Assembly (NCBI GenBank): GCA_964632945.1
Contig: CAZWCX010000020.1
Coordinates: 8,596-72,595, forward strand
Length of the DNA stretch: 64,000 nt
From: an uncultured Planctomycetia bacterium
GTDB taxonomy: Bacteria; Planctomycetota; MHYJ01; WSZJ01; CAZWCX01
Direction: 5' to 3'
A program made the position numbers and the translations under genes. The notes beneath the pieces are model-generated. The model ran no database searches and was not told the DNA's origin. It saw only the letters and a list, made by a program, of their open reading frames with translations. Positions 46,568 through 55,653 of the stretch are shown here, piece after piece (position 1 is the first letter of the stretch; each line of letters opens with the position of its first letter).

Positions 46568-47626
46568 GTGAAGGCAACCCCGCTCGCGACCCTGACCCTC
46601 CTCGCGGCCTTTTTGATTCCCGCGCGCGCCGAGGACCCGTACGTCCGCGCCTCGGCCCTCGCCGGGGGCGACACGGAACTCGAAGAGGCGGTCGTGCTCC
46701 TGTGGGGTCCGGGAACACCCGAATCGAAGGTCGACCGGGTGTTCGGACTGCAGCGGACCGGGCGGGACGCGCGGGGGACCCGGGTGGCGGGCATTCTCGC
46801 GGCCCTGGTCGATTCCGGGATCGCCGCGCTGGATGCGGAGCCGTCCGCGCACGAGGGCCGGAAGCGCTATCCGTCGCTGCGAATCGCCGCGATCCGCGCC
46901 ATCGGGGAGGTCGGGGACGGGTCATCGGTCGCGGCCGTCGTGCCGTGGCTCGCGGATCCGCGAATGGAAGTGCGATTTACGGCGGTCCAGGCGCTCGGCT
47001 TCCTGGGCGATCCCGCCGGAATCGAGCCGCTGCGGGCGCGGCTCGAGGATGCCGATCCGAAGGTTCAGGAGATGGCCGCGATTCATGTGAAGCGACTCGA
47101 AGGGTTCGCCGCGGCGCGCGCCGATCTCGCCTCGGCGGATCCGGCGGCGCGCGCGCGGGCGTGTCGAACGCTGGCCGACGCGAAGCAGACGGGCTCGGCG
47201 GCGGCGATTGCAAAACTCCTGGGAGACGCGGCGGAGGGGGTGCGCGCCGCGGCGGCGGCCGCCCTGGGGGACCTGGGCCATGCGGCGGGCGCGGAAGGAC
47301 TGGCCGGGCTGCTGGCCGACCCCTCGGCGACGGTCAAGCACAGCGCGGTCCTCGCGCTCGGAAAACTCGGTGCCCGCGAACAGGCCGGCGCCGCGCGACG
47401 CCTGCTCGCGGATCCCGACGCCGGCGTCCGGGCGGGCGCCGCCTACGCCTGCAGTCGGTTCAAGGACCAGGAGGCGATCCCCGCTCTGGCCGGTCTGCTG
47501 GACGACCGTGCCGTCGCACCGAACGCGGCGGCGGCGATGGGAACGATTCTCGACACGGGGTGGGGCCAGAATCCGTCGGGCGTGGAAGCGGCCCGCGCGT
47601 GGTGGCAGGAACACGGGAAGCGCTGA
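46568..47626 (+). CDS. Secreted HEAT-repeat (PBS-lyase-like) protein
   Basis: Signal peptide MKATPLATLTLLAAFLIPARA. Multiple units of the xxVRxxAxxALGxLGDPxA type (EVRFTAVQALGFLGDPAGIEPL, GVRAAAAAALGDLGHAAG, …). Confidence 0.6.
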   Translation: MKATPLATLTLLAAFLIPARAEDPYVRASALAGGDTELEEAVVLLWGPGTPESKVDRVFGLQRTGRDARGTRVAGILAALVDSGIAALDAEPSAHEGRKRYPSLRIAAIRAIGEVGDGSSVAAVVPWLADPRMEVRFTAVQALGFLGDPAGIEPLRARLEDADPKVQEMAAIHVKRLEGFAAARADLASADPAARARACRTLADAKQTGSAAAIAKLLGDAAEGVRAAAAAALGDLGHAAGAEGLAGLLADPSATVKHSAVLALGKLGAREQAGAARRLLADPDAGVRAGAAYACSRFKDQEAIPALAGLLDDRAVAPNAAAAMGTILDTGWGQNPSGVEAARAWWQEHGKR

Positions 47627-47636
47627 GGCCGACGGC

Positions 47637-48131
47637 ATGCATCCCCACGAAGACCTGATCCGCCGCTTCTACGCGGCCTTCCAACGCCGCGACGCGTCGG
47701 CCATGGCCGATTGCTACCATCCCGACGTTGAATTCTCCGACCCCGCCTTTCCCGGCCTGCGCGGAGCCCGCGCCGTCGGGATGTGGCGAATGCTCTGCGA
47801 GCGGGGCGCCGACCTGCGCATCGAGTTCGGCGACGTCGCCGCGGACGATCGCGCGGGACGAGCGCGCTGGGAGGCCTGGTACACGTTCTCCCTCACCGGC
47901 CGCCCCGTCCACAATGTCATTCGGGCCGAGTTCGAGTTTCGGGACGGACGGATCGTCCGGCACACGGACCGCTTCGACCTCCACAAGTGGATGTCGATGG
48001 CGCTCGGCTGGCGCGGCCGGGTGTTCGGCTGGCTGCCGCCGGTGCAGCGCGGGGCGCAACGCAAGTTCGCGCGGGTCCTCGACGCCTATCTCGCCGCGCC
48101 GGGCCCGGCGGGCGCCGGCGGTGCCTCGTGA
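47637..48131 (+). CDS. SnoaL-like / NTF2-like (ketosteroid-isomerase-like) protein
   Basis: HEDLIRRFYAAFQRRDASAMADCYHPDVEFSDPAFPGLRG… is the typical SnoaL_2 N-terminus. The ATG is at 47637. Confidence 0.55.
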   Translation: MHPHEDLIRRFYAAFQRRDASAMADCYHPDVEFSDPAFPGLRGARAVGMWRMLCERGADLRIEFGDVAADDRAGRARWEAWYTFSLTGRPVHNVIRAEFEFRDGRIVRHTDRFDLHKWMSMALGWRGRVFGWLPPVQRGAQRKFARVLDAYLAAPGPAGAGGAS

Positions 48132-48595
48132 CGGCGCCCGCAGGGCCGGGCTACCGAATCGCCGTCGCCCTCATCCTGCTCGACGCGGAGGACCGCTTCC
48201 TCGTGCTCGAGCGCGCCACGAACCCCCCGGGCTGGGCGCCGCCGGGGGGACGGTGCGAGCCGCCCGAGTCCCCCAATGCCACCGTGGTCCGGGAACTGCG
48301 CGAAGAAACCGGCCTCTCCTGTTCCCGGTTCATGGTCTTCAACACCTGGTACGGGGACATCGGCCCCCATCGGACCGTCGGCCTCGATTATGTCGGTCTG
48401 GCCGAGGAAGGCGAAGTCCGGCTCTCGTCCGAGCACCGGGCCTTTCGATGGCTCACCCTGGACGGCCTTGCGCGCGCGGGCCTGCCGATGGCGACGGGGT
48501 TCGAGCCGCGGTTCTTCGAACGCGCCGTGCGGGTGGCCCGGGACGTCCTGCGCCGGCTTCCCCCCGGCGAGCAGCCCCTCTTCACGGCGATCTGA
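48128..48595 (+). CDS. NUDIX hydrolase
   Basis: Nudix box GGRCEPPESPNATVVRELREETGL (GX5EX7REUXEEXGU). The GTG start at 48128 overlaps the upstream stop (GTGA). Confidence 0.65.
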   Translation: MTAPAGPGYRIAVALILLDAEDRFLVLERATNPPGWAPPGGRCEPPESPNATVVRELREETGLSCSRFMVFNTWYGDIGPHRTVGLDYVGLAEEGEVRLSSEHRAFRWLTLDGLARAGLPMATGFEPRFFERAVRVARDVLRRLPPGEQPLFTAI

Positions 48596-48611
48596 CCCGG
48601 GAACCGCGCGG

Positions 48612-50180
48612 TCAGGGTCCCGCGATTCCGGCCCCCGACTCCGCCAGCGCGCGCACTTCCACGCGCAGGTCGTCGATCGCCGGACGCAGCGAGGCGTCGA
48701 CGTGATCGAGGTGGCGGCGACGGTCCGCGACCTCCCAAAACGTCTCCTCCCGCGCCTCTTGAACCTCCTGGAATGCCGTTTCGACCGTCTCGCGCCGGAT
48801 CTTGGCAAGCTCGCGCACCAGGCGGCGGTCGACCTCCTTCTCCCCCGCTGCGCGCATCTTCGCGGCCAGGATGATGTGGGCCTTGACCACCCCGCCGAGT
48901 TCGGCCAGGGAGGTCTCGTCCCGGTCGAGGGAGATGAACAGGTTCAGGATCTCCGCGCGGTTCGGCACCTTCATCCGGTAGGCCTGGTCGACGATCTCCG
49001 CGAGGTCGTACGCCACCACGTTCAGCAGGTAGGGGATGCCCATCCGCGCCGCCTGGTGGCCGTAGTAGTCGAGATAGAAGGCGACGCGCGCCGCCCGCTC
49101 GGGCTGGAGCTCGAGCAGGGCCTGGGCGACGAGGCGGTACTGGTAGACGAAGCGGTAGAACGCCTGATTCCGGCGCGCCTGGAGGGCGACGCGGAGGAAG
49201 GTATTGAAGTAGAGAATCGTCATTTCGCGGGCCCCCGCGTCCCCCTGACGCGCCGACTCGACCGCGAAGTGCCGCGACAGGGAGGCCACGACCGCGACGG
49301 TCTCCGGCAACCGCTCCATGGCCAGGGGCAGGATCCGGAGCAGGTCGCCGAGGAGCGCCGCTTCGATCACCGCCCGATGGCGCTCGACGGCCGCCGCCAC
49401 CTCGGGTCCCATCCCGTGCATCCGGCCGGAATCGACTCGGAACCACTCGTCGGGAAGGTGGGGCTTGACCCGGATGTAGTGGTCGAACAGGGAGCGGAAG
49501 GTCCGCAGAACGTGGTCGACGGTCTCCCGGTCGTACCGGTCCACAGACCGCAAGGCGATGTCCCCGAGGAACTGCACGTGCTGCACCGCCCCGGCGCACG
49601 CTTCCTGGATGACTTCCGGATCCGAACCTCCGCGCGCCCGCTCCATGCCGTCCACCACTCGCTGTCCGAGCCGAAACACGATGTTGGCGGGCACCAGGAA
49701 GCGCAGGACGTAGTACGTGTACGGAATGATGATCAGGGCGCCGGCCGCACCGGAGAGCAGGCAGAGGAGCACGCGCGTGCGGGGATCGCCGGAAAACCCG
49801 GGCGACTCGATCACGAACTTGTTCCACAGCACGAACACGTTCGCCAGCACGAAGTACGAAAGGACGATGCGAGTCCCCCGGTCGGCGACGAAGAGATCGA
49901 TCAATTTGGGGGTATAGACGTTCGCGGTGAGCGGAATCGCAATGGCGCAGAGGGCGACCGTCGCCGACAGCCCGACTCCCAGCAACCGCGACACGTCGCG
50001 GAGGATTTCGCTCGTGCGCCCCAGGGAGGCTCCGGTGCCGGGTGTTCCCGATCCGATCCATTCGAACCCGAACAGGAGCAGGACCGTGGCCACGAGCGCT
50101 CCGACCCCGATCAGGCGCGGGCGCCCGGGGTGCGTGAAGGGGGAAGACGGCGCGGCGTGAAGTTCGGAGGGTTGATTCAT
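48612..50180 (-). CDS. DUF2254-family integral membrane protein
   Basis: Five or six N-terminal TM segments and a large soluble C-terminal region. The overall layout (TM bundle followed by …FRLGQRVVDG…HVQFLGDIALRS…) matches predicted-membrane-protein DUF2254. Confidence 0.5.
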   Translation of the reverse strand: MNQPSELHAAPSSPFTHPGRPRLIGVGALVATVLLLFGFEWIGSGTPGTGASLGRTSEILRDVSRLLGVGLSATVALCAIAIPLTANVYTPKLIDLFVADRGTRIVLSYFVLANVFVLWNKFVIESPGFSGDPRTRVLLCLLSGAAGALIIIPYTYYVLRFLVPANIVFRLGQRVVDGMERARGGSDPEVIQEACAGAVQHVQFLGDIALRSVDRYDRETVDHVLRTFRSLFDHYIRVKPHLPDEWFRVDSGRMHGMGPEVAAAVERHRAVIEAALLGDLLRILPLAMERLPETVAVVASLSRHFAVESARQGDAGAREMTILYFNTFLRVALQARRNQAFYRFVYQYRLVAQALLELQPERAARVAFYLDYYGHQAARMGIPYLLNVVAYDLAEIVDQAYRMKVPNRAEILNLFISLDRDETSLAELGGVVKAHIILAAKMRAAGEKEVDRRLVRELAKIRRETVETAFQEVQEAREETFWEVADRRRHLDHVDASLRPAIDDLRVEVRALAESGAGIAGP

Positions 50181-50369
50181 GTCGAACCGATGGTATCACC
50201 GGCTGCCGTCGACCGGCAAGATCCGGGCCACCCTCCCTCCGCCGGATCGACCGGGGGCCTCCGGCGCTCCGTCGCCAGCCCGCGATTGACGCGCCGCGCG
50301 TCGCCCGGATACGCTGACGCTCCGGTGTGCGCCCCGCGTCTTCCCACCTCCTCGGAGCGAGCCGCGATC

Positions 50370-51179
50370 ATGGCGGACATTCCTCGCCGCACGGTCCTTC
50401 TCGTGGAGGACGAGCCCGGCATCGCCGACGCCGCCGCGTACGCACTCGAGCGGGAAGGCTTCGAGATTGCGCGCGCGGCCACGCTCGGCGAGGCGCGCCG
50501 CCGGCTGGGCGGGGCGCCTGTCAGCTTCATCGTCCTGGATGTCGGCCTCCCCGACGGCAGCGGGTTCGACTTTTGCCGGGAAGTCCGCGCCCGCAGCGAC
50601 GTCCCGATCCTCTTCCTGACCGCGCGCTCCGAGGAGGTCGACCGCGTGGTGGGCCTGGAACTCGGCGCGGACGATTACCTGGCAAAGCCGTTCAGCCCCC
50701 GCGAGCTCGCGGCACGGGTCAAGGCGGTCTTGCGCCGGGTCCGACCGGCCGCGCGGGGAGACGACTCGGACGCGCATGCGGACGCGCGGAGGGGGGAACC
50801 CCCGCCGCCGGTTGAGGCGCCCGCCAACCCCGAGGGGGTCGATCCCGGGCCGCGCACGACGGCAACGTCGGCTCGTGCGCAGGACGCATCCCCCTTCTCC
50901 ATCGACGAGGAACGTTGCCGGATCACCTACTTCGGCACGCCGCTGGAACTGTCGCGGTTGGAGTATCGCCTGCTCCTGGTCTTCCTCCGGCGCCCGGGGC
51001 GAGTCTACTCCCGCTCTCAGTTGCTCGACCTGGCCTGGGACGAACCGGATGCCAGCCTGGAACGGACGGTCGACTCCCATGTGAAGATGCTGCGCGCCAA
51101 GCTGCGGCGGGCCCGCTCCGACCTCGATCCGATCCAGACGCATCGCGGTCTCGGCTATTCGATGAGGGAAACGTGGTGA
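50370..51179 (+). CDS. OmpR-family response regulator (CreB/PhoB-like) with a long Pro/Ala-rich linker
   Basis: Receiver TVLLVEDEPGIADAAAYAL…FIVLDVGLPDGSG…ILFLTARSEEVDRVVGLELGADDYLAKPF. Winged-helix output domain (LELSRLEYRLLLVF…VYSRSQLLDLAWD…VDSHVKMLRAKL). The ATG is at 50370. Confidence 0.8.
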   Translation: MADIPRRTVLLVEDEPGIADAAAYALEREGFEIARAATLGEARRRLGGAPVSFIVLDVGLPDGSGFDFCREVRARSDVPILFLTARSEEVDRVVGLELGADDYLAKPFSPRELAARVKAVLRRVRPAARGDDSDAHADARRGEPPPPVEAPANPEGVDPGPRTTATSARAQDASPFSIDEERCRITYFGTPLELSRLEYRLLLVFLRRPGRVYSRSQLLDLAWDEPDASLERTVDSHVKMLRAKLRRARSDLDPIQTHRGLGYSMRETW

Positions 51180-52627
51180 CCATCCGCACGCGCGTCGTCC
51201 TGGCCGTCTTCGTCCTCGTCTCGGCGGGATTCTACGTCTCCGTCGACTGGGTCCTGGACGAACTCCGCCCCCACTCCCTGGGGATCATGGAGGAATCCAT
51301 GGTGGATGCGGCGACGATCCTGGCCGCCTCGGCCGTGCCGCCGGGCGCATCGAGTACGCTGGATCTCGCGCCGCTGCGGCACGCCTTCGACGAGGCTCGC
51401 GCCCGGCGGTTTCAGGCGCGGATCTACAGCCACCTCAAGAACCGGATGGAACTCCGGGTCACCGTGGTGGACCTCGCGGGACGGGTCGTCTTCGACTCCG
51501 AGGACGGCGCGGAGGAGGGAAAGGACCACTCGCGCTGGAACGACGTCGTGCGCACCTTGCGGGGGGAGTACGGGGCGCGCACCTCACCGCTGGATGCGAC
51601 CGACCCGACCGGCACCGCGGTGCTGCACGTCGCCGCTCCGGTGCGCGCGGGGGGCGCGACCGCCGGCGTCCTCACGGTCGCCAAATCCGCGGAGAGCATC
51701 GGCACGCTGCTGCGCTCGGCCAAGCGCCGGGTCAGTTCGGCGGGACTGGGCGCCGCGGCGGCCGTGCTCGGACTCGCGTTCCTGCTCACCACCTGGATTA
51801 CCCGCCCGATCGAACGCCTCCGACGCCATGCGCAGGACGTCCGGGACGGGCGGCGCGTCCCGCTGCCCGACCTCGGCCGCAGCGAAATCGGCGCGCTCGG
51901 CGACGCCTTCGAGTCGATGCGCGAGGCCCTGGAGGGCCGCCAATACGTCGAGGAATACGTGCAGACCCTGACCCACGAGATGAAGGCGCCGCTCTCGGCC
52001 ATCCGCGGCGCCGCGGAACTCCTCGAGGACGACCTGCCCGCGGACCGTCGCGCCCGCTTCGCCGGCACGATCCGGCACGAGGCGGAACGGCTCGGCGCGC
52101 TCGTCGATCGGCTCCTGCGGCTGGCGTCCGTGGAGCGGCGCCGGACCCTGCGCGACGCGGAGGACCTGGACGCCGCGGTCCTCCTCGATGAGGCTCTGGC
52201 TGGGACCCGCGACGCCCTCGAGTCGAAGCGCCTCACCGTCGAGCGATCGATGCGCGAGGGACTCCGGGTACGCGGCGAGCGATTTCTCCTGGTGCATGCC
52301 CTCGAGAACCTGGTCCGGAACGCGGCGGAGTTTGCGCCCCCGGGCAGCACTCTTCAGGTCGCCGCCGGCGCGGAAGGTCCGGTCGTCGAGTGGTCCATCG
52401 AGGACTCCGGACCCGGCATTCCCGAATACGCCCTCGACAAGGTCTTCGACCGCTTCTACTCGCTCGCGCGCCCCGAGACGGGCCGCAAGAGCACGGGTCT
52501 CGGATTGACCATCACCCGAGAAGTCGCCAGCCTGCACGGAGGGACCGTGGCCCTCGGCAACCGGCCGGGAGGGGGAGCCCGCGCCGTGCTTCGCATCCCC
52601 CCCCACGGCGGAATCGAACCGACCTGA
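51176..52627 (+). CDS. Two-component sensor histidine kinase (CreC/PhoR-like; 2 TM, HAMP, HisKA, HATPase)
   Basis: TM1 VVLAVFVLVSAGFYV, TM2 AAAAVLGLAFLLTTWI. H-box TLTHEMKAPLSAIRGAAELL. N-box LVRNAAEF. G-boxes DSGPGIP, GLGLTI. The GTG start at 51176 overlaps the RR stop (GTGA). Confidence 0.75.
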   Translation: MTIRTRVVLAVFVLVSAGFYVSVDWVLDELRPHSLGIMEESMVDAATILAASAVPPGASSTLDLAPLRHAFDEARARRFQARIYSHLKNRMELRVTVVDLAGRVVFDSEDGAEEGKDHSRWNDVVRTLRGEYGARTSPLDATDPTGTAVLHVAAPVRAGGATAGVLTVAKSAESIGTLLRSAKRRVSSAGLGAAAAVLGLAFLLTTWITRPIERLRRHAQDVRDGRRVPLPDLGRSEIGALGDAFESMREALEGRQYVEEYVQTLTHEMKAPLSAIRGAAELLEDDLPADRRARFAGTIRHEAERLGALVDRLLRLASVERRRTLRDAEDLDAAVLLDEALAGTRDALESKRLTVERSMREGLRVRGERFLLVHALENLVRNAAEFAPPGSTLQVAAGAEGPVVEWSIEDSGPGIPEYALDKVFDRFYSLARPETGRKSTGLGLTITREVASLHGGTVALGNRPGGGARAVLRIPPHGGIEPT

Positions 52628-52744
52628 TCGTCCCGGATCCGTGCGACCCCGAGGTTCGTCGTCATGACCTCACGCGGCCCCCGCTCGACTTCGCGTGGCG
52701 GGCCGAGATCGGATCTCCGCAACCCCGTTTGCCCGGGAGGACGA

Positions 52745-54241
52745 ATGGAATCGAACGTCCGGCACGGTCTTCATCGATTTCGCCTCATCGGGCTCGCGTT
52801 CCTCGCTTTCGTGGCGACGGTCGCCGGCGTCGGCGCCCAGGCGGATCCGCCGAATCCGCAACTCCCCTCGTGGGTAGCGCAGGTGCAGAGGGACGGCGAT
52901 CCGGCGCTCATCCCGGCCACGCCGGAGTGGGCGACCCTGCCCCCGGAACTGCGGGAGCGGATCCTCGGCTCCATCGCCACCCGCATGAAGGCCGAACCCG
53001 CACTCCTCCAAGAGGATCTCCCCGGCCCGGATTGGCCCCGTCTGTTCCTGGCCGCGTATCGGGGCCAGACCGACATCGTCCGCCTGTTGCTCGATCTCGG
53101 GGCCAAGACGCAGGCCCTCATCGATGCCAACCGGGGCGAGGGTGGGTCGCTGAAAATGCCGACCTCGGTCCTGCACGCCGCGCTTGCCATGATGCGGCCC
53201 ATGACGGATGAGCCCCCCGGGTGCTCGCCGGAAACCGTCCGCCTGCTGCTGTCGCGAGGAGAAGACGCGAACGAGACTCTGGATCGAAGCCTCGTGCGTT
53301 TCACCGTCCCACTTCACGCGGCGGTATTCGCCGGCGAGGAGTTCGTCCAGATCCTGCTGGATCACGGAGCAGATGTCCATGCCCTCGACCCGGAGGGGAA
53401 CTCGGTGATGCACCTGGTGGAGAAGACAGGAATTGCCGTGCGCCTGGCCGTCGCCGGGGCGCGCCTCGACGTTCGAAACTCGGAGGGGCACACCCCGCTC
53501 GAATGGGCGGCTTTGCACACCGGGAGGATGGAGATCGCGGAATGGTTGGTCGCGCAGGGGTGGCCGATGACCGCGGAGATTGCCGCAGTCATGGGGCGGA
53601 CGGAATTCGTGATGCAGGCCGTCGCAACGGATCCCGAACTCCTCCACGAACCCGGCGCCTATCGGCGGACCTTGCTCCACCACGCCGCCGCTCGCGGACA
53701 TGCCGACCTGGGGCGGCGACTTCTGCGCGCGGGCGCCAAGGTGGACGTTGTCGACTTGATGCGCCGCACTCCGCAGGAGTACGCGTTGATGATGAACTGC
53801 GAAGACCTGGTCCGGGCCCTGCTAGACCAAGGAGCCGACGTCAACCAGGTGAGCAGCAGCGGAGAGCCCCTGTTCCACCAGGCCATCTTCGCCAGTGATT
53901 CCCTGACCCGACTGCTGCTCGAACGCGGTGCGGATCCGGGCCGGACCGGCGACACGGGGGAGACGCCCTTGCACCCGGCCGTCCGGAGCGGCAGAGCGGA
54001 GACGGTGACTTTCCTGATCGAGCGGGGCGTTCCGATCGATGCGCCGTCCAAAAACGGCGATACCCCGCTCCTGACGGCCCTTCGTCGCAGCTACCATCCC
54101 CGGAATCCCGCGGTGGTTCGCGTCCTGCTGGAAGCGGGGGCGGATCCCAATGTGCAGGCCCATGACGGTCTCACCCCGATGCATCTGGCATCCGATCTCC
54201 CCGCCGTCCAACTGCTCCTCCGGCGACACGGCGCCCGTTGA
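52745..54241 (+). CDS. Secreted ankyrin-repeat protein
   Basis: Signal peptide MESNVRHGLHRFRLIGLAFLAFVATVAGVGAQA. At least 8 ANK repeats (…TPLEWAALHTGRMEIAEWLVAQG…, …TLLHHAAARGHADLGRRLLRAGAKVD…, …TPLHPAVRSGRAETVTFLIERGVPID…). The ATG has GGGAGGA upstream. Confidence 0.75.
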   Translation: MESNVRHGLHRFRLIGLAFLAFVATVAGVGAQADPPNPQLPSWVAQVQRDGDPALIPATPEWATLPPELRERILGSIATRMKAEPALLQEDLPGPDWPRLFLAAYRGQTDIVRLLLDLGAKTQALIDANRGEGGSLKMPTSVLHAALAMMRPMTDEPPGCSPETVRLLLSRGEDANETLDRSLVRFTVPLHAAVFAGEEFVQILLDHGADVHALDPEGNSVMHLVEKTGIAVRLAVAGARLDVRNSEGHTPLEWAALHTGRMEIAEWLVAQGWPMTAEIAAVMGRTEFVMQAVATDPELLHEPGAYRRTLLHHAAARGHADLGRRLLRAGAKVDVVDLMRRTPQEYALMMNCEDLVRALLDQGADVNQVSSSGEPLFHQAIFASDSLTRLLLERGADPGRTGDTGETPLHPAVRSGRAETVTFLIERGVPIDAPSKNGDTPLLTALRRSYHPRNPAVVRVLLEAGADPNVQAHDGLTPMHLASDLPAVQLLLRRHGAR

Positions 54242-54343
54242 TTTCCTCAACCTCCACACGGATTCCTCACGGGCTCCATCGATTCTCCATGGCGGTGGGC
54301 TATTCTTTCCCGGGAACGACGGACTCAGGGAAAGGAGAAGACC

Positions 54344-55558
54344 ATGCGCCTGCTGCGTCTCTTCGCCATCGTGCTGATCTACCTGCTGGGCTGCGCCGGA
54401 TGGGGCGCGTTGGGGTTTCTGACCGAGTACCGCTCCCACGGCGCCAGCGAACGGCTCACCGGGCGTGTGGAGTCGCTCTGGGGAGAACCCCTCGTCCAGG
54501 AGGCGCCTTCGGTCACCATCCCGATGCCGGGAGAGGAGGAGCCCAGGGCGGTGGCCCCGGTCCGATGCGAGGCGAAGGTCGACCTCCGGGCGGACCACCG
54601 GCGCAAGGGGTTGGTGTGGTACCCGACGTACGTATGCCGGTTCGAGTCGGCCTGGACGATCGCCAACGAGGAGGTCGAACCGCGCCGCCTGGACGTGATG
54701 TTCCGCTTCCCCACTCCCGGGGGAACGTACGACGGTTTCGAGCTGCGCGTCGGTGGTGCGCGGATGCAGACTCCGGTCGACACGCGAACGGGAATCCGGT
54801 TGGGCTTGGACCTCGCCCCGGGGGAATCGCGGGAGTTCCGTATCGCCTACACGACGCGCGGATTGGGGGAGTGGCGCTTTCGCGCCGCGGGCCGGGCGGG
54901 ACGCGTGCGCGATCTCGACCTCGCAGTGCGCACGGACTTCGAGCGGATCGACTACCCCGAGGGCGCACTTTCCCCGATGGACGTCCGCGTGGATGCGGAC
55001 GGGGCCGCCATGACCTGGCGCGCCTCCGACCTGCTCACCACCCAGGACATCGGGGTGGTGGTCCCGGAAAAACTCAATCCGGGACCGCTGGCCTCGCGAA
55101 TCACCTTCTTCGCCCCGGTCTGCCTCCTGTTTTTCTTCGTCACGGTAGGGACGATCGGCATCGTGCGCGGCGTCGACATCCACCCGATGCACTACCTGTT
55201 CGTGACTGCGGGGTTCTTCACGTTCCATCTCCTCCTGGCCTACCTGGTCGATCATCTGGACGTGCATGCCTCGTTCGCCATCGCATCGGCGGCGTCCGTG
55301 CTGCTGGTGACGACCTACCTGCGGGCCGCGCTGGGGTCGAACTATCCCAGCGGGATCTCCACGGCCGCGCAGATGTTCTTCCTGGTCCTGTTCTCGTACA
55401 GTTTCTTTCTCGAAGGGACCACGGGCTTGACGGTGGCGATCGGGTCGGTGCTCACGCTCGCGGCGTTGATGCGGGTCACGGCCCGGGTCGACTGGTGCGG
55501 CGTGTTCTCCTGGCGCGGGTCGAACGCGAGTTCCCCGGGCCTGGTGGAACCCGCCTGA
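54344..55558 (+). CDS. CreD-like inner-membrane protein
   Basis: N-terminal TM, a ~230-aa periplasmic beta-rich region, and a C-terminal multi-TM block with the CreD-like segment GVDIHPMHYLFVTAGFFTFHLLLAYLV. Confidence 0.55.
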   Translation: MRLLRLFAIVLIYLLGCAGWGALGFLTEYRSHGASERLTGRVESLWGEPLVQEAPSVTIPMPGEEEPRAVAPVRCEAKVDLRADHRRKGLVWYPTYVCRFESAWTIANEEVEPRRLDVMFRFPTPGGTYDGFELRVGGARMQTPVDTRTGIRLGLDLAPGESREFRIAYTTRGLGEWRFRAAGRAGRVRDLDLAVRTDFERIDYPEGALSPMDVRVDADGAAMTWRASDLLTTQDIGVVVPEKLNPGPLASRITFFAPVCLLFFFVTVGTIGIVRGVDIHPMHYLFVTAGFFTFHLLLAYLVDHLDVHASFAIASAASVLLVTTYLRAALGSNYPSGISTAAQMFFLVLFSYSFFLEGTTGLTVAIGSVLTLAALMRVTARVDWCGVFSWRGSNASSPGLVEPA

Positions 55559-55653
55559 CGCGTTTTTGTTCCCGCGCGGGGGGAGTCTCCCGGTAGAATC
55601 TGCGCATCCGCCCGTCCGGCGTCCCGGGCGGGCGGACGTTGCGAGCGACCCCC

